A DNA stretch of 64,000 nucleotides from Planctomycetota bacterium (GTDB lineage Bacteria; Planctomycetota; JAJSAM01): the NCBI GenBank assembly GCA_024274785.1, contig JAJSAM010000026.1, positions 47,048 to 111,047 on the forward strand. Reading direction: 5' to 3'. Positions 48,638 to 59,024 of the stretch are shown here, one piece after another (the first letter of the stretch is position 1; each line of letters begins with the position of its first letter). The notes below the pieces were generated by a model. The model worked only from the letters and a program-made list of their open reading frames with translations, searched no databases and was not told the origin of the DNA. The position numbers and the translations under genes were made by a program.

Positions 48638-50269
48638 ATGCACCTATCACTCGCAACCCTGATCATTCTGGTGCCGGCGCTCACGACCCTGCTCCTGTTC
48701 TTCGTTCCGGCGAAGAAGGTGCAGGTCGTCCGCTGGCTTGCGGCCGGCGGCGCATTCTGCACGGTCATCATCTCCATCACCATGATGGCGACCTACGACA
48801 AGGCCGTCGGCGGTTGGCAGTTCACGCAGGTCGTCACCTGGGTCGAAGACCTGGGTATCTCGTGGAACGTGGGTGCCGACGGCATCTCCGTCGCGATGCT
48901 GCTCCTGACGTCCCTCGTGATCATGGCCGGCACGCTGGTCTCCTTCAAGGTTACCGACCGTCCGAAGGAGTTCTACATCCTGCTCATGGCCCTGGTAACG
49001 GGCGTGTTCGGGGTGTTCGCCGGCCGCGACATGTTCTTCTTCTACTTCTCGTATGAGCTGGCCGTCATCCCCATGTATCTCCTGATCGGGGTCTGGGGTT
49101 CGACGAACAAGGAATACGCCACGATGAAGCTCACGCTGTTCCTGACAGCGGGAGCGGTCGTGGCCCTGATCGGCCTGCTGCTGCTGTACTGGCACACGAA
49201 GGAGTTCTTCGACGCGAATCCGGCGCTCCTCGAGGCGTTCCGGAACGCGCATCCGGACTTCAGCGATGCGACGTCCAGTTCCTTCAACCTGCTGCAGGTG
49301 CAGTACGCCGCGAAGCACGCCATGGAGATGGGGGGGCCGGCGAGCCGGGAGTTCTTCTCGCTCGGCTTCCAGCTCTGGGTGTTCCCACTGATCCTGCTCG
49401 GCTTCGGCGCCATCGCCCCGATGTGGCCGCTGCACACCTGGTCGCCTGGCGGTCACGCCGCCGCGCCGTCCGCGGCCTCCATGCTGCACGCCGGCGTGTT
49501 GATGAAGCTCGGTTCCTACGGCATCATCCGCATCGGCCTGACCTGTCTGCCGGAAGGCGCCGCGAAGATCCTGCCCATCGTCGCCGCGCTCTGCATGATG
49601 AACATCATCTACGGCGGCATGGTGGCCATGGCCCAGAAGGACCTGAAGTTCGTGATCGGCTATTCGTCGTCGAGCCACATGGGCTATGTGCTGCTCGGGA
49701 TCGCCTCGATGAATGTCATCGGGCTGAACGGTGCGGTGTTCCTCATGTTCGCCCACGGCATCATGACCGCCCTCGCTTTCGGTCTCATCGGGTGGTTCTA
49801 CGACCAGACGCACACCCGAATGCTTCCGGACCTCGGAGGTCTGGCGAAACAGATACCGTTTATCGGGGTCTGCTTCACCATCATGGCGCTGGCCTCGGCC
49901 GGCCTGCCGGGCTTCGCCAACTTCGCCTCCGAGTTCATGGTGTTGATCGGCTCCTGGCAGGAAGCCGTGCGCGGGAACAGCTGGTTCTTCCTCTACACCA
50001 TCCTGGCGGTGTGGGGCATCGTGATCAGCGCCACCTATCTCCTGCGCGCGGCGCGCTGGGCCTTCTTCGGCCCGCTGAACCCGTGCTGGGAGGGGAAAAT
50101 CAAGGACGCCGACACCTGGTTCTGGCGCGCGCCCTTCATCATGCTGATCGCCGCGCTGGTGCTCTTCGGTTGCTACCCGAAGCTGCTGATCGACGTGATC
50201 GCCACCGGTACCGGACCGATCGTCGATATCATCGAAAACGCTCGTCAAGCCGTCGCGGGGATCAAGTGA
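48638..50269 (+). CDS. nuoM: NADH-quinone oxidoreductase subunit M
   Basis: PLHTW.P.GH..AP, LAS.GLPG...F..EF; position in the operon. Confidence 0.93.
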   Translation: MHLSLATLIILVPALTTLLLFFVPAKKVQVVRWLAAGGAFCTVIISITMMATYDKAVGGWQFTQVVTWVEDLGISWNVGADGISVAMLLLTSLVIMAGTLVSFKVTDRPKEFYILLMALVTGVFGVFAGRDMFFFYFSYELAVIPMYLLIGVWGSTNKEYATMKLTLFLTAGAVVALIGLLLLYWHTKEFFDANPALLEAFRNAHPDFSDATSSSFNLLQVQYAAKHAMEMGGPASREFFSLGFQLWVFPLILLGFGAIAPMWPLHTWSPGGHAAAPSAASMLHAGVLMKLGSYGIIRIGLTCLPEGAAKILPIVAALCMMNIIYGGMVAMAQKDLKFVIGYSSSSHMGYVLLGIASMNVIGLNGAVFLMFAHGIMTALAFGLIGWFYDQTHTRMLPDLGGLAKQIPFIGVCFTIMALASAGLPGFANFASEFMVLIGSWQEAVRGNSWFFLYTILAVWGIVISATYLLRAARWAFFGPLNPCWEGKIKDADTWFWRAPFIMLIAALVLFGCYPKLLIDVIATGTGPIVDIIENARQAVAGIK

Positions 50270-51816
50270 TGGATGCCATGAACCTCCACTTGATGCTCCC
50301 GGAGATCTACCTGGTCCTCCTGGGGCTCGTCATTCTGATCGCGGACCTCTACCTGGCCCCGGAGAAGCGCTTCAACCTGGGTTGGTGGACGGCCGGCGGC
50401 CTTTCTGTGCTGGCGGTCTGGCTCTTCGCCACGCCGACTCCGGAGACCGTCGAGTTCGCCGGATTCGGCCTGTACCGGGCCGATGGTTTCGCGCTCTTCA
50501 TGAAGAAGGTGTTCGCGCTGACCGGCATCCTGGTCGCGGTGATGAGCACCGGATACCTGAAGCGCTACGGCCGCGGTCCGGGTGAGTTCTTCAGCCTCGT
50601 GATCTTCGCGCTCACCGGAATGTTCATGGTCGCCAGCGTCAACGACTTCATGTCCCTCTTCGTGTCACTCGAACTCGTCACTCTCTGTCTGTTCATCCTG
50701 GCCGCCTACCGCCGCCACGACAAGTTGAGCGGTGAAGCCGGCATCAAGTACATCATCGTCGGGGCGATGGCCGCGGGCCTGATGCTCTTCGGTATGGCTT
50801 TCATCTACGGCGCCACCGGAGAGGTGCGCTTCACGTACATGGGGGCGGACGGCCAGTTGGTCCTGCTCTCCCAGACCGTGGCGAACCTCGAGAGCGGCTG
50901 GCAGATGACCGCGCTCTTCGGCTTCACGGTGTTGCTGGTGGGGCTCGGTTTCAAGGTCGCCGCGGTGCCGTTCCACGTCTGGGTACCGGATGTCTACCAG
51001 GGCGCTCCGACCCCGGTTACCGCCTTTCTTTCGGTGGGCAGCAAGGCCGCGGGCTTCATCCTGATCATCCGGGTGATCACTCTGGTCGTCCCAACGATTG
51101 CGCCGGGCGCCGATCTCGCGCTGGTCGATCAGCTGGTGAAACTTTTCGCCCTGATTGCCGGCCTGACGCTCTTCTACGGAAACCTCGCGGCTATCCCGCA
51201 GAAGAACCTGAAGCGCCTGATGGGTTTCTCTTCGATCGGCCACGCCGGTTACCTGTTGCTCGGCATCGTTGCGGTTCTCGCCATGAAGGCGGCCGGCGAG
51301 GAGACGATGAACGGCGTCTCGGCCATCGCCTTCTACCTGTTCGCCTATGTGTTCACGAACATGGCGATGTTCATCGGCATGGTGATCTTCACCCAGGGCT
51401 CCGAGGACAGTCACGCGATCGACGACTACGCGGGTCTCGGCAAGCGGGCGCCTCTGTTGGCGCTCTGCATGACCATCGCACTGCTGTCCCTGGCCGGAGT
51501 TCCGCCGCTGGCGGGTTTCTTCGGGAAGTTCTACCTGATCTCATCGATCGTCGAGGCGGCGCGGCTTGATGGTTACGGCTGGTTGCTGGTGCTCGCCGCC
51601 GCCGGCGCGGTGAACGTCGTGATCTCCATGTACTACTATCTCTGCGTCGTGAAGCGGATGTACATGCTGGAGCCGACGAGCGACGAGCCGATCCACCTGC
51701 CGCCACCGGCCAAGATCGCCATGGTGGCCTGCATCGTGCTGGTGGTGGTGATCGGCATCTTCCAGGGCCCGTTCGTACAGATGGCAACGGGTGTGCTGGC
51801 GACGCTGGGGTTCTGA
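50269..51816 (+). CDS. nuoN: NADH-quinone oxidoreductase subunit N
   Basis: FKVAAVPFHVWVPDVYQGAPTP, SLAGVPP..GF.GK; TGATG overlap with nuoM. Confidence 0.95.
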   Translation: MDAMNLHLMLPEIYLVLLGLVILIADLYLAPEKRFNLGWWTAGGLSVLAVWLFATPTPETVEFAGFGLYRADGFALFMKKVFALTGILVAVMSTGYLKRYGRGPGEFFSLVIFALTGMFMVASVNDFMSLFVSLELVTLCLFILAAYRRHDKLSGEAGIKYIIVGAMAAGLMLFGMAFIYGATGEVRFTYMGADGQLVLLSQTVANLESGWQMTALFGFTVLLVGLGFKVAAVPFHVWVPDVYQGAPTPVTAFLSVGSKAAGFILIIRVITLVVPTIAPGADLALVDQLVKLFALIAGLTLFYGNLAAIPQKNLKRLMGFSSIGHAGYLLLGIVAVLAMKAAGEETMNGVSAIAFYLFAYVFTNMAMFIGMVIFTQGSEDSHAIDDYAGLGKRAPLLALCMTIALLSLAGVPPLAGFFGKFYLISSIVEAARLDGYGWLLVLAAAGAVNVVISMYYYLCVVKRMYMLEPTSDEPIHLPPPAKIAMVACIVLVVVIGIFQGPFVQMATGVLATLGF

Positions 51817-51888
51817 CCCGCAACTCTCACCGGTGCGGACGATTCGAGGGTGGTCGCGGGGCATGTACCGGTGAGGGAAGCGGGCGAG
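51817..51888. repeat. Degenerate family C-like hairpin after nuoN (may serve as terminator)
   Basis: cccgcaactctcaccggt...accggtgagggaagcggg resembles cccgcttttctcacc/ggtgagaaaagcggg; starts right after TGA. Confidence 0.5.
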
Positions 51889-51984
51889 AGGTATCCATGC
51901 GTCTCCGGTTTGCCCCCCTGGAGGATTCCGACACTCGACCTGAGTTGGCTTGATACTCCCGGTGCGGGCTAGAATGCTCCGGCC

Positions 51985-52290
51985 ATGGCAGAGCTACGAA
52001 TCAGACGGGACAGTTGCATTCGCGTTCCCGAGGAGATCTACGACGCCCTCGGCATGTTCCCCGGCACGAAGATCCGGGTGAATCTCGTGGGAAAGCAGAT
52101 CATCATCGAGAAGGTGGAGATGGCTGACGACCCCTTCGCCGCCGCCGCGGAAGGCCCGGACACCTCGGCGATCGAGAAGATCCAGCAGCAACAGAAGGAC
52201 GCGGCCCGGAGAGCGCGGGATCTCTTCGAGGAGATGATGGAGAATCCCCCGGAGATCAAGCCGGAGGACAACCCGGACCTCTGGCGCTGA
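51985..52290 (+). CDS. AbrB/MazE/SpoVT-family DNA-binding protein
   Basis: IRVPEEIYDALGMFPGTKI.V....IIIEK. Confidence 0.75.
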   Translation: MAELRIRRDSCIRVPEEIYDALGMFPGTKIRVNLVGKQIIIEKVEMADDPFAAAAEGPDTSAIEKIQQQQKDAARRARDLFEEMMENPPEIKPEDNPDLWR

Positions 52291-52369
52291 TCGGAGTCGT
52301 CGGAAAGATCCTCCAGCGTTTTCCTGTTCCACTCGCCACGGCTCCGGCGTGGTCCGGGCTCGCGGCCCC

Positions 52370-52936
52370 TTACGAGTGGCGCTCTTCCTCGAATGGATCG
52401 GCGCTGCTCGAGTAGCCTCGCATCTCCCAGAATCCGGGGCGGTCCTCGGCGATGAACTCGATGGAGCGGACCCACTTGGCGCTCTTCCACGAGTACTTTT
52501 TCGGCAGCACCAGGCGGACCGGGAAGCCGTGCTCCGGGGTGAGGGGTTCGCCGGCGAGGCTGTCCGCCAGCATGGCATCTGGGTCGCGGAGGTCATCGAG
52601 CGCCACGTTCGTCGTGTAGCCGCCGTCGCACTGGATGAAGACGAACCGGGCCGTGGGCATCGGGTGGACGCGGCCCAGGATGTGGGTCATCGAATCCCCA
52701 CCCCACTCGAGGTCGTATCTCGACCAGGTGGTGACGCAATGGAAGTCGGACTTCCGGGTCACCCGCGGAAGCAGCCGGAAGGCGCGATAGTCGAACTCAC
52801 AGGGAGACTCGACGAGTCCTCCGACCCGGAGGTCCCAGGTTTCGGCAGAGAAATGCGGGATGGAGCCCACGTGCAGGACGGGGAGATCCTTCGTCAGGTA
52901 TTGTCCCGGGGGGAGTCGGTCCTTCTGCTCAGGCAT
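52370..52936 (-). CDS. Sulfite oxidase-like molybdopterin oxidoreductase (YuiH-like)
   Basis: RLPPGQ, DFHCVTTWS, HGFPVRL, WKSAKW, GFWE.RGY. Confidence 0.9.
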   Translation of the reverse strand: MPEQKDRLPPGQYLTKDLPVLHVGSIPHFSAETWDLRVGGLVESPCEFDYRAFRLLPRVTRKSDFHCVTTWSRYDLEWGGDSMTHILGRVHPMPTARFVFIQCDGGYTTNVALDDLRDPDAMLADSLAGEPLTPEHGFPVRLVLPKKYSWKSAKWVRSIEFIAEDRPGFWEMRGYSSSADPFEEERHS

Positions 52937-53096
52937 GACGGGATTGTATGGAGGAAGTCCCTCGCACCTAGCAAAAGGTTCCCGAATGATCGTTTGACCG
53001 GTCGAGGATTCGATTCTCGTTTGGCAGCCCGGCCATCCGGCCCTACAATCCCTCCATGGGCGAGCAAACACCTCCCACTGACAGCGGGGCAAAGGC

Positions 53097-53672
53097 GTGA
53101 AAAAGGACGAGCGGCTCGGGCAGATCCTCAAGCACGCGGCGCAGGTCTTCTACGACAAAGGGTATGACCGCGCCTCGATCCGGGATATCGCAAGACAGGC
53201 CGATATGAGCCTGGCGGGGCTCTATTACTACTTCCGGTCGAAGGAAGAGCTGCTCTTCCTGATCCAGAAGCACGTCTTCACGGAGTTGCTGGATGCGGTC
53301 CGCGGTGAACTCGAGTCGACGACCGATCCGGTCGGGCAACTCGAGATCTTCATCCGCAACCACCTCCGGTACTTCATCGGCAACCTGGTGGAGATGAAGG
53401 TGCTCAGTCACGAGTTCGAGTGTCTGAAGGGCGACTACCACGACAGCATCGCCGGATTGCGCCGCGACTACTACGAGGTGGCCGAGGGCATCGTCGCGAA
53501 GATCACGGAGGCGGGAGGCGGTACGGAGGTCAAGCCCCGGGTCGCCGTGCTCGGGATGTTCGGGATGATGAACTGGCTCTACACCTGGTATCGCCCGGAA
53601 CTCGATGGCACCGCGGACGACCTCGCTGCCCAGATGAGCGTTTTGTACCAGAAGGGCCTGGCGGCGGGCTGA
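53097..53672 (+). CDS. TetR/AcrR family regulator
   Basis: ILKHAAQVF..KGY..ASIRDIA......AGLYYYF.SKEELL. Confidence 0.92.
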   Translation: MKKDERLGQILKHAAQVFYDKGYDRASIRDIARQADMSLAGLYYYFRSKEELLFLIQKHVFTELLDAVRGELESTTDPVGQLEIFIRNHLRYFIGNLVEMKVLSHEFECLKGDYHDSIAGLRRDYYEVAEGIVAKITEAGGGTEVKPRVAVLGMFGMMNWLYTWYRPELDGTADDLAAQMSVLYQKGLAAG

Positions 53673-53679
53673 GTCACCG

Positions 53680-54552
53680 ATGGGGAAGGTGGTCATTCTC
53701 GACGGAGAGGTGCTCTCCGCGGCCGATGCCCGGATCTCCGTGTTCGACCACGGTTTTCTGTTCGGGGACTCCGTGTACGACGTGGTCCGGACTCGTCAGG
53801 GGGTGCCGTTCCTCCTTCAGCCGCACCTGGCGCGGCTGAAGCGCAGTGCCGTCGAGATCGGCCTCGAGATCCCGGCCACCGACCTCGAACTGACGGAGCA
53901 GGTGGACCGGGCTATCGCCGCGGCCGGTAACGAAGAGAGCTACGTCCGGATCGTCGTGACCCGTGGCGTCGGAGACCTCGAACTCTTCCCCGGCACGTGT
54001 GGCCGACCGACCCTGATCCTGATCGCCCTGCCGCTGCGGCTGCCCGCCCCTCACGTATACGAGCGGGGCATCCGCCTGGCCGTCGTCGACCGCCGCCGGA
54101 ACGACCCCCGGGCGCTCAATCCGGATGCCAAGACCGGGAACTACCTGAACAACGTCCTGGCCATGTCCGAGGCCCGGAAAAGGGGTGCCGACGATGCGGT
54201 GATGCTGAACACCGGCGGTTTCCTGACCGAATTGACCACCGCGAACCTGTTCTTCGTCAGGGACTCCGTGGTCCACACTCCGGCGCTCGACTCCGGCATC
54301 CTGAACGGCATCACGAGATCCCTGGTGATGCGCATGCTCGGGGAGGAGGGGGTGGATTGCCGGGAGGGACGCTACACCCGGGCGGACCTCCTGGCCGCAG
54401 AGGAGGTCTTCCTCACCTCGACGACGCGCGATGCGGTTCCGGTGCGGCAGGTGGACGATCAGGTGATCGGGGAAGGGGCGGCGGGTCCGGTGGCGCGGTT
54501 GCTCTTTGCCCGCTTCGGGGCCCTCACACCACCGACATTCGTCGGGCCGTGA
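53680..54552 (+). CDS. Class IV aminotransferase (IlvE/Dat/PabC family)
   Basis: DHGFLFGD.VY, H..RL..SA, KTGNYL, ILNGITR, EEVFLTST. Confidence 0.9.
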   Translation: MGKVVILDGEVLSAADARISVFDHGFLFGDSVYDVVRTRQGVPFLLQPHLARLKRSAVEIGLEIPATDLELTEQVDRAIAAAGNEESYVRIVVTRGVGDLELFPGTCGRPTLILIALPLRLPAPHVYERGIRLAVVDRRRNDPRALNPDAKTGNYLNNVLAMSEARKRGADDAVMLNTGGFLTELTTANLFFVRDSVVHTPALDSGILNGITRSLVMRMLGEEGVDCREGRYTRADLLAAEEVFLTSTTRDAVPVRQVDDQVIGEGAAGPVARLLFARFGALTPPTFVGP

Positions 54553-56215
54553 TCAGCGAGTAGATCAGCAACGGCAGCGCGATCACACCCATCAGCACCA
54601 GGGAAAGGGATGCCACGTTCGCTTCGTAGGCGATGTGGACCCAGGTGTAGATCTTCATCATGGCGGTGCGGTTGCCGGACTGAATCAGGACGATCGTATC
54701 GAGTTCCCGCAGCGAGAAGATGAAGCCGAGCACGAACCCGGCCGCGATGCCCTTCCAGGCCAGCGGAGAAACCACCGCCACCATCCGGCGCAGCCACGAC
54801 GCTCCGGCGACCGCGGCCGCATCCTCGTAGCGGGGATCGGATCGCTTGATGCTGGTCATGATCGCCGCCAGCGCGAAGGGCAGGTACTTGCCGGCCAGCA
54901 TCACCACGACGATGCCCCAGGTGTCGTAGATCGGGTTGTGCCGATCGATTTCGAGCCAGGTCTGATTCCAGGTGCGGATCAGGCCGGAGCCGAAGAGGAT
55001 TGGCCCGAAGGCCAGCGGCAGGAACGCCAGAACGAAGAACAGCGACTCCCGGCGGGGACCCTTGCGCACCGCGTAATGCCCGATGACGAGGGCGAGCGCC
55101 ACCATGAGGAGTGCGGCGAGGCCGGAGTACTTCAGGCTGTTCAGGAGGTCCATCAGGCCGCCGTCGGTGCTGGGGGCGAGTGCCCGTTTCATGTTGCCGA
55201 TGAAGTCACCCTCGTGGCCGATGGCCATGTTTCGGCCGATCGCGCCCACCACGGTCTGGTAGACCGGGATGCCAACGCTCACCGCCAGGGCCGAGAGGAG
55301 GAAGATGAACCCACCCGTCCGCAGCAGGAGCTTCGTGGCCAGCCGGGCACCCTCCTCCACGTCGCGGGGACGGCGATGGCCGCTCGTGATGCTCGCATAC
55401 CGGCCCTTGCGCAGGAGACGGGCGATCAGCAGCAGAAGCCCGATGGACAATACGGCTACCGGGGCGCAGAGCGCGGCGGCTTCGCGCCGGCCGGCCTGCT
55501 GTACGTAGTTCGTCGAGAACGCGGAGAACGCCTCGAAGGTGTAGGCGTTCACGCGATCCTTCACGGGGAAAATGGTGGAGAGGTAGTCCACCACCGCGAA
55601 GTCGGAAATGGAGAACAGGAAGACGAAGAGCGCCCCGGCCAAGATGCCCGGCGCGGCGAGCGGCAGGGTCACGCGCAGAAATGCCCGCACCGGTCCCCCG
55701 TGCACCCGGGCCGCTTCCTCCAGACCCGCGCCGAGTTCCAGGAATCCCTTGCGGGCGAAGAGCACCACGAAGGGGAAGTAGGAAAGGCCGAACAGGAAGG
55801 CCGAGCCCTTGATGCCGCCGAGGCTCCGCTCCAGGCCGCCGCCGCCGGCGCTGGAATCGCTCTGCGACGTCAGGAACTGGGTCCACCCCATGGCCATCAG
55901 GAGAGGCGGCAGGACGAGCGGCAGGATGTAGACTGCCGAGAAGATCGATCGGCCCGGAATCCGGACCCGCGTGCAGAAGAAGGCATAGGGCAATCCGATC
56001 AGGAGCGCCAGCAACGTCGCCAGGGTGGCGAGCCCGATCGAAGTCCCGAGCACCTTCATGCGGTAGCTCGGCGCAAAGGCCGAAATGTAGTGCGCGAGTG
56101 TGAGCCCACCATCCTCGGACAGGAACGAGTCCCCGACCACGATGAGCACCGGGACCACGCACAGGATGGCGAGAACGAGAATTGCGCCGACGAGGATAGC
56201 CCGCATCCTGTTCAC
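54524..56215 (-). CDS. ABC transporter permease with two TMD units (FbpB/iron-type)
   Basis: EAA loops LEEAARVHGG and YEDAAAVAGAS; many TM segments. Confidence 0.88.
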   Translation of the reverse strand: MNRMRAILVGAILVLAILCVVPVLIVVGDSFLSEDGGLTLAHYISAFAPSYRMKVLGTSIGLATLATLLALLIGLPYAFFCTRVRIPGRSIFSAVYILPLVLPPLLMAMGWTQFLTSQSDSSAGGGGLERSLGGIKGSAFLFGLSYFPFVVLFARKGFLELGAGLEEAARVHGGPVRAFLRVTLPLAAPGILAGALFVFLFSISDFAVVDYLSTIFPVKDRVNAYTFEAFSAFSTNYVQQAGRREAAALCAPVAVLSIGLLLLIARLLRKGRYASITSGHRRPRDVEEGARLATKLLLRTGGFIFLLSALAVSVGIPVYQTVVGAIGRNMAIGHEGDFIGNMKRALAPSTDGGLMDLLNSLKYSGLAALLMVALALVIGHYAVRKGPRRESLFFVLAFLPLAFGPILFGSGLIRTWNQTWLEIDRHNPIYDTWGIVVVMLAGKYLPFALAAIMTSIKRSDPRYEDAAAVAGASWLRRMVAVVSPLAWKGIAAGFVLGFIFSLRELDTIVLIQSGNRTAMMKIYTWVHIAYEANVASLSLVLMGVIALPLLIYSLITARRMSVV

Positions 56216-56322
56216 CTCTTCACGTCGCGCGCCGTATAGTTGGTGGTCGCCGGAGCGGAAGTGACACTCCGGCAGGAGGACGGATAACCTCCAACCGGAA
56301 GTCTATCAGAGGACAGAGCCCC

Positions 56323-57189
56323 ATGCGGAACAAAGCCCTGCCATTCGCACTCGCCGTGATGACCGTGTTCGCCGCCTCCTGCGATTCGGGGGCGGAAAAG
56401 GCCGCTTTCGACAAGTACGAGGCGGCGGTGAGCGACGTCCTCGAGGAGGAGGCCGAACTCCGGAAGCGTTACGAGGAGGAGTTCGCGAACATGCAGGCCT
56501 ACAACAGCCAGGATGCCTTCGACCTGCTCGTGCGGCAGAAGATGATCCCGTTCTACGAGGAGATGAAGAAGACGGTCGGAGCGGTCTCCCCGGAAGGGGA
56601 TGAGTTGAAGAGGATTCACGGTCTGCTCATCCGGTACGCCGGACTTTGCAGCGAGATGGTGAAGCTCGACACGAAGAGTGTCACCATCAGCGAGATGGAG
56701 AAGCCCGCCCTCGATCGCCTGAACAGGGCCATGAGTGAACGGGAAAAGGCCACGCGCGGCTTCAACGACGCGCTCTCGTCCCTCCCCGAACTCATGCAGA
56801 AGCTGGCCGCGATGTTCACCACGGAGCAGCAGGCCGCGCTGACGGTGGTGCAGAGCCTGCAACTCGTCCGGAAGGGGGAGGTCTCCCCGGCGGATTTCCT
56901 GAAGTACCTGGACGATCAGATCGACCCATTCTACGAGAAACTCGTGACCGCTCTCGCCGAACTCCAGGTTTCACCCGCCGAGCAGGCCGCCATGTTGAAG
57001 GCCAAAGCCTACGTGGGCACGACGATGGCCCTCTTCATCGCCGCCCGCGAGATCGCGTCGGTTCGCCCGAAGATGCTCGAGGAACTGGCGCCGCTTCGGG
57101 AACGGCTGGCCGAATTGCAGGTCGAGACGACCGGGCTGCTCGACGACTACCGGAAAGAGGCCCGCGCCTACCGCGACAGCCTGCGCTGA
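56323..57189 (+). CDS. Hypothetical alpha-helical lipoprotein
   Basis: Lipobox AASC; coiled-coil composition; internal repeat IPFYEE / DPFYEK. Confidence 0.75.
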   Translation: MRNKALPFALAVMTVFAASCDSGAEKAAFDKYEAAVSDVLEEEAELRKRYEEEFANMQAYNSQDAFDLLVRQKMIPFYEEMKKTVGAVSPEGDELKRIHGLLIRYAGLCSEMVKLDTKSVTISEMEKPALDRLNRAMSEREKATRGFNDALSSLPELMQKLAAMFTTEQQAALTVVQSLQLVRKGEVSPADFLKYLDDQIDPFYEKLVTALAELQVSPAEQAAMLKAKAYVGTTMALFIAAREIASVRPKMLEELAPLRERLAELQVETTGLLDDYRKEARAYRDSLR

Positions 57190-57197
57190 CCCGACCC

Positions 57198-57288
57198 GCA
57201 GCGCGTGGGGCTCCGGGCCAGTGACCTGGTTTGGACCGGCGGGAACACCCCGCTCGCCCGGTACGGCCCGAAGCCCCACGGGCTGCGC
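57198..57288. repeat. REP-like long hairpin
   Basis: gcagcgcgtggggctccgggcc ... ggcccgaagccccacgggctgc are near-complementary. Confidence 0.55.
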
Positions 57289-57674
57289 ATCCTCTACCAA
57301 CGGGAAACCCGACGCAGGGTTCGATCTCCCGCGCGGGCTGGCCGCTTCGAGGTGTGATCTACCCCATCATGGTTCTTGATGAAGGGGGGAGCCCTGCATG
57401 GATGACGTTCGCGATACCAACGTGAAGGTCGATGGCGCGCCGGTGTGGGAACAGTCCGACCCTGCTCCGCCGCGATGGTCCAGGCGCGCTCGCCCCCGGC
57501 ATTGCGCGTCCTCCGGAGGGTGCCGCTCCGGGTCTGGCCCGTTCGTGGTTGGATCCCCGGCTGTGGAGAACGGCCATCGCGATGTCGCGTTCGTCCAACG
57601 TATCCTGAATTGCCGGTAACATCAGCACCAATGCGACGTTCAATAAGGGTGACTGGGACCCGGAGGACCGTGTC

Positions 57675-58916
57675 ATGCCCTTGAAGACCATGTTGATTTT
57701 CGCCATCCTGGCCGGGGTCGTGCTGCCCGCCGCCGCGCAGGATGTCGTGCTTTTGAAGAATGGCGACCGGCTTGCCGGAAAGGTCACCGACGGGATGCTC
57801 GAGGTCCGCCTCGATACGCCCGCCGGCGAGGTGGCCCTGCCCTGGAGCGAGATCGAGAAGATCGACCGCGCGAAGTACGTCCGCGAGCTCTACCGCGACC
57901 GCGCGGGCGAGGTCGATCGCCAGGATGTCCAGTCCCACTACCTCCTGGCCCTCTGGTGCCGTCGCCAGGGACTCGGCGAGGAGATGCGGAAGGAACTGGA
58001 ACTGATCCTCGCCATCGATCCCGGCCACCGGGCCGCCCGCTCCGCCCTGGGCTTTGAGAAGGTGGACGAGAAGTGGGTGGCCGGAGACCAGATCAAGAAG
58101 GCCAAGGGCTTCGTCAAGAAGGGCAACCGCTGGATTCTCGAGGAAGAGGCCGCCTTCGAAGAGATGGTGAAGGAGCGCAACCGGCAGCTCTCCGCCGAGG
58201 AGTTGAAGGCCTCCGATCTGATCATCAAGGCCGCCGACGAGAACGTACGCGCCCGCAAGTACGCCGTAAAGGCGCTCTCCGCCATGTCTTTCAACGAACT
58301 GCGCGTTCCGCTGTACCGCGCGCTTGGCGACAAGCGCGAGGAGGTCCGGGCCGCGGCCGTGGCCGAACTCGGCAAACTCGGCGAGTTCGAGGCGGTGCGC
58401 CCGATGATCCGTACCGCGGTCCTCGATACGTCCGGGATGGTGCGCGGCGAAGCGGTTCTGGCGCTGCGGGAACTGGGTGGACCCGGCACCGTGGTTCCGT
58501 TCATCCGCGCCCTCTCCTCCCCGAATCCCCAGATCCGGATGAATGCCGCGCAGGCGATCGGCGACCTCGGGGACATCCGCGGCGTCGAGTACCTGATCAC
58601 GCAACTCGGCCAGAACTGGGGCCCCACCGGCAGAAACAACATCTCGGTGATGAACCAGGTCTCCTACATCCGCGACTTCGACGTGGAAATCGCCCAGGCT
58701 GCGCAGATCGGCGACCCGATCGTGGGTGTGCTCCGCGAAGGCGTGATCCTCGACGTGATGGTCGTCGGCGTGAGCCGCAAGATGACGACGGTGGAGCGCC
58801 GCTTCATCCGCAAGGCTCTGGTGAAGCTGACCGGTGAGGACCTCGGCGACGGGGAACCGGCCTGGTCGAAGTGGTGGGGGAAGAACAAGGATCGCTTGCT
58901 GGCTGATGCGGATTGA
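57675..58916 (+). CDS. Secreted HEAT-repeat protein
   Basis: Signal peptide; DVVLLKNGD.L.G domain; LALWC...GL; HEAT repeats (D....VR..A..AL..LG). Confidence 0.85.
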   Translation: MPLKTMLIFAILAGVVLPAAAQDVVLLKNGDRLAGKVTDGMLEVRLDTPAGEVALPWSEIEKIDRAKYVRELYRDRAGEVDRQDVQSHYLLALWCRRQGLGEEMRKELELILAIDPGHRAARSALGFEKVDEKWVAGDQIKKAKGFVKKGNRWILEEEAAFEEMVKERNRQLSAEELKASDLIIKAADENVRARKYAVKALSAMSFNELRVPLYRALGDKREEVRAAAVAELGKLGEFEAVRPMIRTAVLDTSGMVRGEAVLALRELGGPGTVVPFIRALSSPNPQIRMNAAQAIGDLGDIRGVEYLITQLGQNWGPTGRNNISVMNQVSYIRDFDVEIAQAAQIGDPIVGVLREGVILDVMVVGVSRKMTTVERRFIRKALVKLTGEDLGDGEPAWSKWWGKNKDRLLADAD

Positions 58917-59024
58917 AGCAGGCCTCCCGGGTCTTGCCTGTATTCCTCACCATGCGAACGGCCTGAGGGGCGGTCGCGGCTCATCGCCGGAAGGTGCCCC
59001 GGACTTCCTGGTGCCCCGGATTTC

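Noticed and set aside
57398-57619. 73-aa ORF in the 57190-57675 gap
   Set aside because: It has a purine-rich upstream tract but no motif or coding-like composition I can support.
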